Origin: Thermoanaerobaculia bacterium
GTDB taxonomy: Bacteria; Acidobacteriota; Thermoanaerobaculia; Multivoradales; Multivoraceae
Length of the DNA: 64,000 nucleotides
Direction of reading: 5' to 3'
NCBI GenBank assembly: GCA_963664405.1
Contig: OY761158.1
Location: 3,392,001 to 3,456,000 of the forward strand
The translations under genes were made by a program, and so were the position numbers. The notes under the pieces are model-generated. The model saw only the letters and a list, made by a program, of their open reading frames with translations. It searched no databases and was not told the DNA's origin. The stretch's first letter is position 1. Each line of letters begins with the position of its first letter. Of this stretch, positions 40,935-56,596 are shown in pieces.

Positions 40935-42434
40935 CTATGAGCTGAGGACGGCGGCGCCGGATGCGGGGATCGGCAGCTCGGTCGAGCCCATGAGGTACTC
41001 GTCCACCTTGGCGGCGGCGGCTCGACCCTCGTTGATCGCCCAGACGATAAGCGATTGTCCGCGTCGGCAATCGCCGGCCGCGAAGACGCCCTCCGCGCTG
41101 GTCGCGAAGTCGCCATAGGCGGCTTTGAAGTTGGAGCGCGAGTCGGTCTCCAGGCCCAGCTTCTGGACCAGGGTGTCCTCCGGACCCAGAAAGCCCATCG
41201 CGAGTAGCACCAGATCGGCTTCGAAAACCTGCTCGCTCCCGGGGACTTCGCTCATCTGGAAGCGGCCGCTCTCGTCCGACGCCCATTCAACGGTGGCGGC
41301 GCGAATGCCGGAGACTCGTCCGTTACCGTCATCGAGGAACTCTTTGGATAGGATGCTGAAAACGCGCGGGTCGGCACCGAATTTGGCGGCGACCTCGGCG
41401 TGACCGTAGTCCACACGAAAGATCTTCGGCCACTCGGGCCAAGGGTTGTCGGGAGCCCGCTCCTGGGGTGGCTCCGGCAACAGCTCGAAATTGACCAGAC
41501 TGCGGCAGCCGTGACGCATCGCGGTGCCGATGCAGTCGGTACCGGTGTCGCCGCCCCCGATAACAAGGACGCTACGCTCTTTCGCGTCGATGTAGCGCTT
41601 GTCGGAGAGACCCGAGTCTAGAAGACTCTTGGTATTGGCGGTGAGGAAGTCCATCGCGAAGTGAATGCCCTCGAACTGGCGCCCCGGAAGCGGCAGATCT
41701 CTCGGGTTAGTGGCGCCACAGGCGAGCAGGACAGCGTCGTTGTCGCGCTGGAGCTTACGGGCGTCAATGTTCCCACCTACATCGGCGTTGGTGATGAAGC
41801 TGACCCCCTCGGCCGCCAACAGCTCGACCCGGCGCTCTACCACCTCTTCCTTCATGAGCTTCATGTTGGGGATGCCGTACATGAGGAGGCCGCCGACTCG
41901 GTCGGCGCGCTCGTAAACGCTAACTTGGTGGCCCGCCTTGTTGAGTTGTGCCGCGGCGGCCAACCCCGCCGGCCCTGAGCCCACGATGGCGACCTTCTTG
42001 CCGGTTCGGAAGCGGGGAGGCTGGGGCACGATCCAACCTTCGGCGAAGCCACGATCGACAATCGCGTTCTCGATGTTCTTGATGGTGACGGCCGGGTCGG
42101 TGATGCCGAGCACGCAGGCGCCCTCGCAGGGAGCCGGACAGACTCGGCCGGTGAATTCCGGGAAGTTGTTGGTCTGATGCAGGCGGTCCAGAGCTCGGCG
42201 CCACTGGTTGCGGTAGACCAGGTCGTTGAACTCCGGGATCAAATTATCGATCGGGCAGCCCGGTTCCGATTGGCAGAAGGGCACGCCGCAGTCCATGCAG
42301 CGCGCCCCTTGAGTGCGCAGATGCTCCTCGGTGACGGGTACGAGAAACTCGTCGTAGTTGTCGAGTCGAACAAGCGGGTCGGCGTAGGGAGCAGCCTTGC
42401 GCTCGTAGTCCTTGAAACCGGTAGGTTTTCCCAC
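40935..42434 (-). CDS. gltD: Glutamate synthase small subunit
   Basis: [42 protein letters not shown]. Confidence 0.97.
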   Translation of the reverse strand: MGKPTGFKDYERKAAPYADPLVRLDNYDEFLVPVTEEHLRTQGARCMDCGVPFCQSEPGCPIDNLIPEFNDLVYRNQWRRALDRLHQTNNFPEFTGRVCPAPCEGACVLGITDPAVTIKNIENAIVDRGFAEGWIVPQPPRFRTGKKVAIVGSGPAGLAAAAQLNKAGHQVSVYERADRVGGLLMYGIPNMKLMKEEVVERRVELLAAEGVSFITNADVGGNIDARKLQRDNDAVLLACGATNPRDLPLPGRQFEGIHFAMDFLTANTKSLLDSGLSDKRYIDAKERSVLVIGGGDTGTDCIGTAMRHGCRSLVNFELLPEPPQERAPDNPWPEWPKIFRVDYGHAEVAAKFGADPRVFSILSKEFLDDGNGRVSGIRAATVEWASDESGRFQMSEVPGSEQVFEADLVLLAMGFLGPEDTLVQKLGLETDSRSNFKAAYGDFATSAEGVFAAGDCRRGQSLIVWAINEGRAAAAKVDEYLMGSTELPIPASGAAVLSS

Positions 42435-42462
42435 TCGTCCGAGCTCTCCGGCAGCAGAAAGA

Positions 42463-47014
<4,552 letters not shown>

Positions 47015-47025
<11 letters not shown>

Positions 47026-47941
47026 GGGAGACCTCTCTCTCTTCGAGCATGCTTAGAGAGGCGTCCGGATCGGCGTGCGCAACAAGGAAGTCCTGAAAGC
47101 TGGTCGCGGCACGACTGAGGCCCTGGCGCCGAAGGAAAATGATGCCGAGCGGCCGTTTGAGCTCGGGCTCCAGTTCGACAACAGAAAGCACGCCTACACT
47201 GGCTTCGCGCTGGACCGTCCGACGAGGCAGGATGGCCACCGCGTCGGTGATCGCGAGAAGGTTCTTGAGCGTGTCGATGTTGTCGAGCTCATTGGCGAGC
47301 TCTGGTTCAACGCCTTCGCTGCGTAGGTAGCGCCGGATCTCACGGGCCATCGGCAGACCCGAGTCGAGGCCGAGCATCGGCAGGCCGTCGAGATCGCTGG
47401 CGAGGACCTGATGGCGGGAGGCGAGGGGGTGGTCGGGCGCACAGGCCACGGTCATTCGCTCATCTCGCAAGGGCCTAACCGCCAGTCCCGGCCACCGTCG
47501 AGGGTAGGAGACGATGCCGAAGTCGCAGGCGCCCTCCCGAACCGAACGATCGACAGCCTCAGGACGCTGATAGTGAAGACCTATATGCACCGCCGGGTGG
47601 CGCTGCTGGAACCCATCTCGGTGCGCCTGAAGGAGGTCGATGCCCGCCGAATAGATGGCGGCGACAACAACTTCTCCCTCGAGCTGCTCGTCGATCTCGG
47701 CGACCCGACGAGTGAGATCGTCGTAGCGTTCGACCAGAGCTCGAGCCTCGCGGGCGAAGAGCTCTCCGGCTGGAGTGAGAGCCGGGGGGCGGACGCTGCG
47801 ATCCAGGAGCAGGGTCCCGAGCTTCTCCTCCAATTGGTGGATCCGCTGGCTTACAGCGGACTGTGTTACGCCATGGAGCACTGCAGCACGGCTGAAGCTG
47901 CGCAAGCTCGCGACATCTGAAAAGAGCCGTAGATTCTGCAC
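47015..47941 (-). CDS. LysR family transcriptional regulator
   Basis: SFSRAA..GVTQSAVSQRI..LE...LLDR. Overlaps the gltB start. Confidence 0.93.
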
Positions 47942-47953
47942 GGGGGGGCGCGC

Positions 47954-48007
47954 ATCCTATCATTAGTGGATATGATGTCAATGTTCCTATGGATAAGCAG
48001 GACTTAT
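47954..48007 (-). promoter_or_regulatory. Sigma-70 promoter plus LysR box for lysR-gltBD
   Basis: TTGACA-N16-TAGGAT with TG extension. Palindrome ATAAG-N5-CTTAT (T-N11-A) at 47993-48007. Confidence 0.65.
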
Positions 48008-48085
48008 TTTGCCTCATGCATAAGTCGGCTCCGAGAAGCGCCGCCACAGGTTTTGCGAAGGACCCGCCGGGAGCCTGTAGCGACT

Positions 48086-49378
48086 TCAGGCCGTCAACAC
48101 ATCGAGGAGCTCCGAGTAGCGCGGCTCCAGGGTGACGATCTGCTCCTGCAGGTCCAGGCGCTCGAGGAGAGCGTCGGGCATCTCGATCTTGGTCTCCAGG
48201 ACGTCCTCGACCGTCTCAGGGAACTTCGCGGGGTGCGCGGTCCCCAAGAAGACTCCTTGTGCGTCCGGATCGCGCTCGAGCTGCGCTTCGAGTGCTAGAA
48301 AACCGATGGCGGAGTGGGGATCGAGAAGATAGCCATTCTCCCGGTAGACCCGGCCGATGGTGGCGCGGACCTCGGCGTCGGTGTGGCTGCTCCCCTCTAG
48401 GTCGCGCCGCAGCCGGTCGATATCGTTGTCGTAGAGATAGAGAATGCGCTCGAAGTTGCTCGGATTGCCTACGTCCATCGCGTTGGTGAGGGTGGCGCGA
48501 GAGCTGCGAGGGCTGAAGACGCCGGTCTCGAGGTACTCGGGTACCACGTCGTTGATATTCGTTGCCGCTACGAAGAGGTCGACCGGGAGGCCGAGGCGTT
48601 TGGCCATCAGACCTGCGGTGAGATTGCCGAAGTTGCCACTCGGAGTCGCCACCACGACCCTCCGCGCCCCAGCTGGCAATTGAGCGTAAGCGATGAAGTA
48701 GTAGAAGATCTGAGGTAAGAGTCGACCCACGTTGATGCTATTTGCCGAAGCTAGCGCGCCTGACGGACGTAGCTCTTTATCGCTGAGGGCACGCTTTACC
48801 AGCCGCTGGCAATCGTCAAAAGTACCGCGAATGGCAATAGCCTCTACGTTGCCGCGCAGGGTAGTGAAGAGCTTTCTTTGCGGTTCGCTGATCTTGCCCT
48901 CCGGGAAGAGCACGACCACACGAAAACCGGGCTGCTCTAGAAAGGCATGCGCGACAGCGCTACCGGTATCGCCCGAGGTTGCCACAAGGATAGTGAGATC
49001 TCGGTCCGCGCCACGTCGGTAGTGGCCCATGAGCGCTGCCATGAAGCGTGCACCGACGTCTTTGAAGGCGAGAGTCGGGCCGTGGAAGAGCTCGAGGATC
49101 GCCATTCCTTCACGCACCTCGACCAGAGGGAGAGGAAAGTCGAGGCTGCGCTCGATCAGATCCGCAAGTTCACGCTCGCTGAGATCCTCCCCTAGCAGAT
49201 GTTCGGCGATCCGCAGCGCGATCTCATTCTGGCCGAGCTCGCGAAAGCCGAGAACCTGCTCCTCGAGAGAGCGCAGGCACTGAGGGAAGTAAAGACCCCC
49301 GTCCTCCGCCATCGCAGAAAAGAGAGCCTCTTCGAGAGAAAGCGAGATGGCGGTGTTGCGCGTACTCAGGAAGCGCAC
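48086..49378 (-). CDS. thrC: Threonine synthase
   Basis: DGGLY, ELFHGPTLAFKD, ATSGDTG, SANSIN, PSGNFG, TAHPAKF. Confidence 0.96.
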   Translation of the reverse strand: MRFLSTRNTAISLSLEEALFSAMAEDGGLYFPQCLRSLEEQVLGFRELGQNEIALRIAEHLLGEDLSERELADLIERSLDFPLPLVEVREGMAILELFHGPTLAFKDVGARFMAALMGHYRRGADRDLTILVATSGDTGSAVAHAFLEQPGFRVVVLFPEGKISEPQRKLFTTLRGNVEAIAIRGTFDDCQRLVKRALSDKELRPSGALASANSINVGRLLPQIFYYFIAYAQLPAGARRVVVATPSGNFGNLTAGLMAKRLGLPVDLFVAATNINDVVPEYLETGVFSPRSSRATLTNAMDVGNPSNFERILYLYDNDIDRLRRDLEGSSHTDAEVRATIGRVYRENGYLLDPHSAIGFLALEAQLERDPDAQGVFLGTAHPAKFPETVEDVLETKIEMPDALLERLDLQEQIVTLEPRYSELLDVLTA

Positions 49379-50322
49379 GTCTTCGCCTGCAGCAGCCGGG
49401 CGCCACCAGCTCCGACCGCAGTCGTGTAGCGATCTGCCGCCATCCCCGTCGCCTTGCCGAAGGCCTCGAGCATGGCCTCGGCCACGGCATCCGCGCTTTC
49501 CTGCCCGCGGCAGAGCGCGAAGACTGTGGGTCCTGACCCTGAGAGACTGCATCCCAGAGCGCCGTACTCGATTGCCGCCTTTTTCATTTCGTGGAAGCCG
49601 GGAACCTGGGAGCCGCGCACGGGCTCCGCCACCAGGTCCTCGAGAGAGCGCGAGATCAACTCCCAGTCGTCGCGGAAGAGACCAGCTACGAGCCCCGCTA
49701 CATTGGCCCACTGATGAACCGCGGTGGACAGCGGAATGGCACTGCCGAGAAGGGCGCGTGATTCACCGGTCTGAATTTGGATGTGGGGCCGCACCAGGGC
49801 GCAGCTGAGCCCCCGGGGGACCGGTATCTCGACCACATCGGGTGGATCTAGGCTGCGCACGGCAACAAAGCCGCCGAACAGGCATGGGGCGACGTTGTCG
49901 GCGTGAAGAACACCGCCGCTGGCAATGCGCTCTCCCTCGAGCGCGAAAGACAGGAGCTTCTCAGAAGGCAGTTTGAGACCGAGAAGCTCATTGGCGGCGA
50001 GTACCGCCGCGACTGCGCTGGCGGCGCTCGAGCCTAGACCACTGCCGGCGGCGATTCCCTTTTGAATGTGGAAGCTGAGCCCTCGACTCTCTTCCCCTAC
50101 ACCCTCTAGCAGGGTCAACGCGGCGAGGCCGGCAGTGTTCTGCTCCGGTGTCGAGGGGATCATCCCCCCGCCCCCCTCGATCGAAGAGATCTCGACCCCA
50201 GGCTCGTCGCGGAGGGCTGCGGTCAGGTGGTCGCCCACGCTCTCGATCGCGAAGCCCATGACGTCGAAGCCGCACGCGACATTCGATACGGTCGCCGGGG
50301 CGAATACCTGTACTTCTGGCAT
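49366..50322 (-). CDS. thrB: Homoserine kinase
   Basis: PATVSNVACGFD, GSGLGSSAAS, HADN, SGSGP. Confidence 0.95.
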   Translation of the reverse strand: MPEVQVFAPATVSNVACGFDVMGFAIESVGDHLTAALRDEPGVEISSIEGGGGMIPSTPEQNTAGLAALTLLEGVGEESRGLSFHIQKGIAAGSGLGSSAASAVAAVLAANELLGLKLPSEKLLSFALEGERIASGGVLHADNVAPCLFGGFVAVRSLDPPDVVEIPVPRGLSCALVRPHIQIQTGESRALLGSAIPLSTAVHQWANVAGLVAGLFRDDWELISRSLEDLVAEPVRGSQVPGFHEMKKAAIEYGALGCSLSGSGPTVFALCRGQESADAVAEAMLEAFGKATGMAADRYTTAVGAGGARLLQAKTCAS

Positions 50323-50324
50323 CG

Positions 50325-52757
50325 CTATGGACTCCGGCGGACGCTGCAGGCGAGGATATCCGCGAACACGCCGGCCGCGGTAACCGCGGTTCCGGCCCCG
50401 GGGCCGCGCACCACCAGCGGGCTCTCGGAGTAGCGCTCGGTGACGAACGAGAAGAGATTCTCGGTCTCGGTAGTGGCGGCGACCGGATGGTCGATTCCAA
50501 CTGTGTCTAGACCCACGGTTGCGCGGGCTCCGTCCCAGCTGGCGAGGTAGGTAAGTCTGCGATCTTGCTTCGAAGCGTCGTTGGCGAGGGCGGCAAAGTG
50601 GGCGTCGAGCTCGGGCAGTCTCTCCCACATCTGCTCGAGCTCGAGCTCTTCCCACTCCCTCGCAGGTAGAAGCGACTGCAGCTCGAGATCCTCGAGCTCG
50701 AGACGAGCTCCTCCGACGCGCGCGAGGATGATCAGTTTGCGCGCGACATCCATTCCGCTGAGATCCTCCCGCGGGTCCGGCTCGGTGAAGCCCCTGAGGT
50801 GGGCCGCCCGAAGAGCCTCGCTGAACGGTGCGCCGCCGCGCAGCTGATGCATGAGAAAGCCGAGCGTTCCGGAAAAGAGACCTTCAGCCCGAACCAGCCG
50901 ATCGCCGGTGGCGAGTTGATCTTGAAGGGTGCGGATGACCGGAAGGCCGGCGCCAACGGTGGCCTCACAATAGAGACGGGCCGAGGGGCTCTGCGCAGCG
51001 ACGATCTCGTCCCATACAGCTTGTCGATCGGCGAGAGGCTTCTTGTTAGCAGTGACGATACTCACCCCGCCTCTCAGGAGATCGGCGTAGAGAGCGCCCA
51101 TGCCATCGCTTGCGGTGCAATCGACGAGGACTCGTGCCCCGGGAGTCGCGAGTATGTAGGCCTTGAGGGCCTCCGGATCGTGGCCTGGGCAGTCGTCGGT
51201 GTCCAGTAGCTCGGCGTTCCAGGTGGATCGGTCTATCCGCTGGCGGTCGAGGCTCATGCGTCGGCTGTTGGCGACACCCGAGAGACTTAGACCGTCGCTG
51301 ACGGGTGCCTCTCTCAGCTGGCGGAGCAGCTCGGCGCCAACCCCACCGACGCCTAGCAAGAAGACGTTCAGTCTGGGTGTGGCGAAGAAAGCATCGTGAA
51401 GAGTCTGCAAGGCTCGGGTCTCTTCTCGGGCAGGGACGGCACAGGAGATATTGAGCTCCGAGGAGCCTTGCGCGATAGCGCCGACGTTGATTCCTGCCTC
51501 GCCGAGTGCCCCGAAGAGGCGCCCCGCGATGCCGGGTCGATGAGACATCTCTGCACCGACCACGGCGACGACAGAGAAGTCCTCGTCGATGACCAGGTCG
51601 TCGATCAGACGCAGATGCCGCTCTCGCTCGAACTCTCTGTGAATGCACTCTCGTGCTTGCTCGACGTAGCGGGGGTCTATGGCCACACAGATCGAGTGCT
51701 GGCTCGAGGCCTGGCTGATGAGGATTACGGTGACCCCTTCCTGGGCGAGAGCATGAAAGAGCCGCCCGGCGGTGCCGGGGAGTCCAATCATGCCGTCTCC
51801 CTCGATGCGAAGAAGGGCGACCTTCGAGATCGAAGAGATGCCGCGGATGGGATGCTCGCTGGGACCCGCCTCTTCGAGCACCAGAGTGCCTTCGAAGGAA
51901 GGGTTCAGGGTGTTCTTGATGACCAGAGGTATCGATGCCCGTCGCGCCGGATGCACGGTTGGCGGAGCCACGACTTTGGCGCCGAAATGGGAGAGCTCGA
52001 GAAGCTCGTCATAGCTCAGCCTCGGAATTGAGAAAGCGCCGGTCACGCGGCGTGGATCCGCGCTCTGAACGCCGTCGACGTCAGTCCAGATCTCGATGCG
52101 CTCGGCTTCCAGCCCAGCGCCGAGAAGTGAGGCGGTGTAGTCGGACGCTCCTCTGCCGAGAGTGGTGGTCTCTCCTTCCGGTGTCGCGGAAAGAAAGCCG
52201 GTGACCACTTGGACCGCACTGCGGCCCTGGAAGTGCTCGCGGATACGCTTGTAGGTCGGTTCGATCTTTACGTTGGCGTTGCCGAAACCGCGATCGGTGA
52301 CAATCAGAGCGCGAGCGTCACAGGCCTCGGCCTCGACACCCTTCTGTCGTAACACGGCGGCAACCAGAGGGGAGGAGAGTCGCTCGCCGGAGGCCAGGAT
52401 CTTGTCTAGAGACCGGGGAGTGCACTCGTGGACGAGAGAGACTCCGGCGAGAATCATCTTGAGCTCACCCACGCACTTGCCGATAGAGAGGCGAAGCTCC
52501 GATCGCTCGGCTTCGCTCTCGAGAGCGTCTACGACCTCGTTGTGGCGCGCATTGAGCTCGTCGCAGAAGGCAGCGAAGTCGGCATCGCCCTGCTGGCTGG
52601 CTGCCGCCGCGGCGTGCAGAGTGTTCGTTACTCCCGACAGTGCCGACACCACCACTGCAACTGGGCCCTCTCGGCGCGCGGCGACGACCAATTCGGCCAC
52701 CGCGCACATGCGCTCATAGTCCCTGACGGAGGTGCCGCCGAACTTCATGACTTTCAT
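50325..52757 (-). CDS. thrA: Bifunctional aspartokinase/homoserine dehydrogenase
   Basis: MKFGGTSV, TTLGRGASD, ACT domains, GVGGVG, EATVGAGLP, EPDPREDLSG. Confidence 0.95.
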   Translation of the reverse strand: MKVMKFGGTSVRDYERMCAVAELVVAARREGPVAVVVSALSGVTNTLHAAAAASQQGDADFAAFCDELNARHNEVVDALESEAERSELRLSIGKCVGELKMILAGVSLVHECTPRSLDKILASGERLSSPLVAAVLRQKGVEAEACDARALIVTDRGFGNANVKIEPTYKRIREHFQGRSAVQVVTGFLSATPEGETTTLGRGASDYTASLLGAGLEAERIEIWTDVDGVQSADPRRVTGAFSIPRLSYDELLELSHFGAKVVAPPTVHPARRASIPLVIKNTLNPSFEGTLVLEEAGPSEHPIRGISSISKVALLRIEGDGMIGLPGTAGRLFHALAQEGVTVILISQASSQHSICVAIDPRYVEQARECIHREFERERHLRLIDDLVIDEDFSVVAVVGAEMSHRPGIAGRLFGALGEAGINVGAIAQGSSELNISCAVPAREETRALQTLHDAFFATPRLNVFLLGVGGVGAELLRQLREAPVSDGLSLSGVANSRRMSLDRQRIDRSTWNAELLDTDDCPGHDPEALKAYILATPGARVLVDCTASDGMGALYADLLRGGVSIVTANKKPLADRQAVWDEIVAAQSPSARLYCEATVGAGLPVIRTLQDQLATGDRLVRAEGLFSGTLGFLMHQLRGGAPFSEALRAAHLRGFTEPDPREDLSGMDVARKLIILARVGGARLELEDLELQSLLPAREWEELELEQMWERLPELDAHFAALANDASKQDRRLTYLASWDGARATVGLDTVGIDHPVAATTETENLFSFVTERYSESPLVVRGPGAGTAVTAAGVFADILACSVRRSP

Positions 52758-52879
52758 GGCGATAGATCCGGAAGGGCGCTCGAAGGGGCCGAATCTTAGC
52801 ATCGCCGCGGGCGCGGTGGCGCATCGACAAAGGGACGGCGAGCTTGCGTTGATCCTCTGCGCCTCCTACCATTTGCCGG

Positions 52880-54433
52880 ATGAAGCCCCAGGACTGGTCC
52901 AAGCACCGCGCCAGCGAGCGCTATGTCGAGGAACAACCCCGCGAGGGGCGATACTCGATGGCTCTGGCATACGCCAACAGTTATCACGTTGGGATGTCCA
53001 GTCTTGGCTTCCAGCGTGTCTGGGATCTGGTGCAGAAACGAGAGGGGTGGCTCTGCGAGCGCTTCTTCTGCGATGGCGAGGGCCCGCCTCGGTCTGTCGA
53101 AGGCTCCTCGCCGATGGGAGCTTTTGGCTGCTTATCTTTTTCGGTGTCGTTCGAAGAGGACTACGTGAACCTGCTGGCGATGCTCAGCCGCGCAGGTATT
53201 CCTCTGCGACGCGACGAGCGCGGCAAGGACCATCCGCTGGTGCTGGTTGGAGGGTCCTGCGCCATGATCAACCCTCTTCCGATGGCTGAGTTTGTCGATG
53301 TCTTTGCTCTCGGAGCCGCCGAGAACGTGCTGCCGCCGCTGCTGTTGGCCCTCGAAGAGGAGTCGAGCAAGGAAGCTGTGCTCCGGCGGTTGGCGGAGGA
53401 GCCAGGCTTCTTTGTCGCCGGTTGTCATCGCCCCGAAGAAGATCCAGCGATGGAGAAGCTCAGCAAGCTGGAGCTGAGCGCAGAACAAATGCGCCAGCCG
53501 GGCTTTCTCCCCACCAGTGCCATCATCACTCCTCACACTGAGTTCTCCGACAAGTTTCTGATCGAGATGTCTCGGGGATGCCCTGAGAAGTGTCGCTACT
53601 GCTGGGCCACTTTCGGTATGGGGGCCTTTCGTTGGCACCCCACCGACGCCATCCTCAGCTCTCTCGAACGGGCCAGAGCGGTGACGGATCAGTTGGGATT
53701 TGTCGCCACCGCGGTCGGAGACCACCCCGACATCGAAATGATTCTCGACCAAGCTTGCGCGCAGGGGTTTCGTACTTCGGTCTCCTCCATTCGCATTCCC
53801 GCGGTCACCGAGGGCATTCTCGGATCGCTGCATCGATCGGGAGATCGCTCGATCACTCTCGCCCCCGAGACCGGCAGCGACGAGCTGCGCGCGAAGATGG
53901 GGAAACCGGTCACGAACCGGATGCTGCTGGAGAAGATCCAGCTCATCTTTGCAACCGGCTTTACCCACCTGAAGCTCTACTTCATCATCGGTCAGCCGGA
54001 AGAGACGACGGAGGATGTTCTCGCAATCGCTCAGCTCGCCGCTGAGGCTCGTCGGGTCATGCTTGTCGAGGCGCGTCGGAGCGGGGTCGTCGGGCACATC
54101 CACCTCGGCACCAACATCTTGATTCCGAAGCCCTACACGCCATGGCAGCGAGAGCCGTTCGGAGACACACGGAGCTTGCGGGCGAAGATCTCGCTGCTTC
54201 GGCGAGAGCTCGCGAAACTGCCCAATGTGTCGATGGGCCCGGTCTCGATCCGGCAGGCGAGATGGCAGGCCTACATCACACGGGCGGGTAGCGATGCCGC
54301 GGATGCTCTGGAAGCGGCGGCCGGAGGAGAGTCTGTAGCCTCAGTCCTCCGCCGCTTTGCTCCAAGCATCGACGCTGAGATCCAATCTCGCAAATCCGAC
54401 CGGCTCCGTTGGCACTTCATGCGAGCGGGCTGA
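52880..54433 (+). CDS. Radical SAM protein
   Basis: EMSRGCPEKCRYC (CxxxCxxC), Y.VGMSSLG, APETGS, KLYFIIG. Confidence 0.88.
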   Translation: MKPQDWSKHRASERYVEEQPREGRYSMALAYANSYHVGMSSLGFQRVWDLVQKREGWLCERFFCDGEGPPRSVEGSSPMGAFGCLSFSVSFEEDYVNLLAMLSRAGIPLRRDERGKDHPLVLVGGSCAMINPLPMAEFVDVFALGAAENVLPPLLLALEEESSKEAVLRRLAEEPGFFVAGCHRPEEDPAMEKLSKLELSAEQMRQPGFLPTSAIITPHTEFSDKFLIEMSRGCPEKCRYCWATFGMGAFRWHPTDAILSSLERARAVTDQLGFVATAVGDHPDIEMILDQACAQGFRTSVSSIRIPAVTEGILGSLHRSGDRSITLAPETGSDELRAKMGKPVTNRMLLEKIQLIFATGFTHLKLYFIIGQPEETTEDVLAIAQLAAEARRVMLVEARRSGVVGHIHLGTNILIPKPYTPWQREPFGDTRSLRAKISLLRRELAKLPNVSMGPVSIRQARWQAYITRAGSDAADALEAAAGGESVASVLRRFAPSIDAEIQSRKSDRLRWHFMRAG

Positions 54434-55334
54434 GCCCTCCTTCACTGGGGCCAGCCGGGGCGAGAAACACTACCTTCTCTGGCGCCAGAGCGATCTTTAC
54501 CGGCAGGGTCACACGAAGGGGGTCGCCATCGATCTGGAGGAGGCTGTACTTTTGCTCTCCTTCAAGAGTGGCTTCGACTGTCTCCCATGTCGCGACGTCC
54601 TCTCGGCGGAGATGGGTTCCCATCAGGGCGTCGATCGCGAAGGAGAGGGTCGCTAATCGGCGCCCATCGAATACCAGGGCATCGAGCATTTCATCACAGG
54701 GATCGGCTCTCGGTGACAGAGCGACAGGACCCCCGTAGAGATGCATATTACTCACCACGATGAAGGTTCCTCGTCGTTTCTCGCCTTCGTGGGAGAGGGT
54801 GTACAAGGGGAAGCGATAGCTCGGAATGGTCGCCGCAATCTGCGTCGCAACGGCCAACCGCCCCCAGCGCTGCTTCGCGTTGGCGGCCGTGCGGTGGAGG
54901 ATCTCAGCGTCGATCCCCGCCGATACCATGATCAGGAAGGGCGCGTCCCCGCACATTCCCACGTCGAGCAGGTGGGTGGAGAGGGGGCCGCAGTATGCGC
55001 GACAGGCCTTAATGGGGTCGCCTGGCAGCCCGAATGCGAGCGCGATGACGTTCACGGTTCCTGCCGGAAGCATCGCCAGTTCGACCTTTGACCCGAGAAG
55101 CCCTGCCGCCAGCTCACGCTGAGTGCCGTCTCCTCCGAGGCCGAAGATGACTTGCTGGTGACCGGCCTCTACCGCTTCGCGCGCCAAGAGAGTCGCGTGG
55201 CCGGCGCGCTCGGTCTCCCTTACCTCCACCGAAAAGCCGCCACCGCGCAGGATCGAGAGCATCTCCGGCAGCCGACCCGACCATCTACGGCCGCCACCGG
55301 AGTTGGGGTTGGTTATCAATAGGCCGCTCTTCAC
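54417..55334 (-). CDS. Diacylglycerol/lipid kinase family protein
   Basis: NPNSG, GGDGT, PAGTVN, YGG, QIDGD. Confidence 0.9.
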   Translation of the reverse strand: MKSGLLITNPNSGGGRRWSGRLPEMLSILRGGGFSVEVRETERAGHATLLAREAVEAGHQQVIFGLGGDGTQRELAAGLLGSKVELAMLPAGTVNVIALAFGLPGDPIKACRAYCGPLSTHLLDVGMCGDAPFLIMVSAGIDAEILHRTAANAKQRWGRLAVATQIAATIPSYRFPLYTLSHEGEKRRGTFIVVSNMHLYGGPVALSPRADPCDEMLDALVFDGRRLATLSFAIDALMGTHLRREDVATWETVEATLEGEQKYSLLQIDGDPLRVTLPVKIALAPEKVVFLAPAGPSEGGLSPLA

Positions 55335-55397
55335 CGGACCTTCAAACTGCCTTCGGGTGCCGAGAAGTCGGCGAGCGGTGACGGCACTGCTTGGCGC

Positions 55398-56423
55398 CTA
55401 GAAGAGCGTGGGCTCCGAAGGCTTGGGCTCCTCGAGCCCGAGATGCCGGTACGCTCTCATAGTGGCGACGCGACCTCTTGGGGTCCGTTGCAGGAATCCC
55501 TCCTGGATCAGGTAGGGCTCGTAGATGTCCTCGAGAGTGCCGCGGTCTTCTCCGATTGCCGCCGCAATCGCCTGTACTCCCGCCGGCCCACCCTGGTAGT
55601 GCTGGATCAGCGTATTGAGGATCTTTCGGTCGACCTCGTCGAAGCCCAACTCGTCGACTTCGAGGAAGTCCAACCCTCCTCTGGCGACGGCTCCGTCGAC
55701 TCGTCCGTCGCCGCGCACCTGAGCGAAGTCTCGAACTCGGCGCAGCAGTCGGTTGGCGATCCGCGGAGTGCCTCGGCTGCGGCCGGCGATCTCGTTCGCG
55801 CCCTCGTCGTCGATGTCGACACGGAGCAGCCTGGCCGAGCGCAGCAGGATGCTCGCGAGGTGTTCCGGGCGATAGAAGTCGAGCCGATGAACGATCCCAA
55901 AACGAGCTCGCAGGGGAGCTGTGATGAGTCCTGCACGAGTGGTGGCGCCGATCAACGTAAAGGGCGGGAGATCGACCTTCACGCTCTGGGCCGCGGGTCC
56001 GTGACCCAGCATGACATCGACCTGGAAATCCTCGATGGCCGGGTAGAGAATCTCTTCCACTGTTGCACTGAGACGGTGGATCTCATCGATAAACAGGACC
56101 TGCTTGGGCTCCAGGTTCATCAAAATGTTGACGAGATCGCCCGCCTTCTCGAGCACCGGGCCGGAGGTGGACTTGAAGGGCGCCTGCATCTCATTGGCGA
56201 TGATGCTGGCCAGCGTAGTCTTGCCTAGGCCTGGCGGGCCGAAGAGAAAGACATGGTCGAGGGCCTCTTTGCGCTCGATTGCGGCTTGAATGAACACCCG
56301 AAGGTTCTCGACCACCCGGTCTTGGCCGACGTATTCTTCGAACTCGCGAGGGCGAAGGGAGACCTCCGCCTGTAGGTCCTCGCTGGACGCGCTCGCCGAA
56401 AGAATCTGAGGGTCGGTGGTCAC
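55398..56423 (-). CDS. ruvB: Holliday junction helicase RuvB
   Basis: [42 protein letters not shown]. Confidence 0.97.
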   Translation of the reverse strand: MTTDPQILSASASSEDLQAEVSLRPREFEEYVGQDRVVENLRVFIQAAIERKEALDHVFLFGPPGLGKTTLASIIANEMQAPFKSTSGPVLEKAGDLVNILMNLEPKQVLFIDEIHRLSATVEEILYPAIEDFQVDVMLGHGPAAQSVKVDLPPFTLIGATTRAGLITAPLRARFGIVHRLDFYRPEHLASILLRSARLLRVDIDDEGANEIAGRSRGTPRIANRLLRRVRDFAQVRGDGRVDGAVARGGLDFLEVDELGFDEVDRKILNTLIQHYQGGPAGVQAIAAAIGEDRGTLEDIYEPYLIQEGFLQRTPRGRVATMRAYRHLGLEEPKPSEPTLF

Positions 56424-56490
56424 ACTTGTAGTGTAACCCGCTAGCCCCCTTGTCAGGTGGGGCGATCGCTGCACTCCGCCGCCCGCGGCA

Positions 56491-56581
56491 CTAGGAGCGT
56501 GTCCGAGAATTCGGACAGGCGAGTAGTTCTCAGGCGGGGATGGGCCGGAAAACGGGCCGAAGGCGCGTTTTCTGGGGCTAG
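56491..56581. repeat. Family-B 91-bp CTAG-bounded unit between ruvA and ruvB
   Basis: 90/91 identical to 11758-11848. Confidence 0.9.
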
Positions 56582-56596
56582 GTAGCTCCTGCCGGG

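Noticed and set aside
52758-52879. thr attenuator or leader peptide
   Set aside because: No Thr/Ile-rich peptide and no U-tailed terminator.
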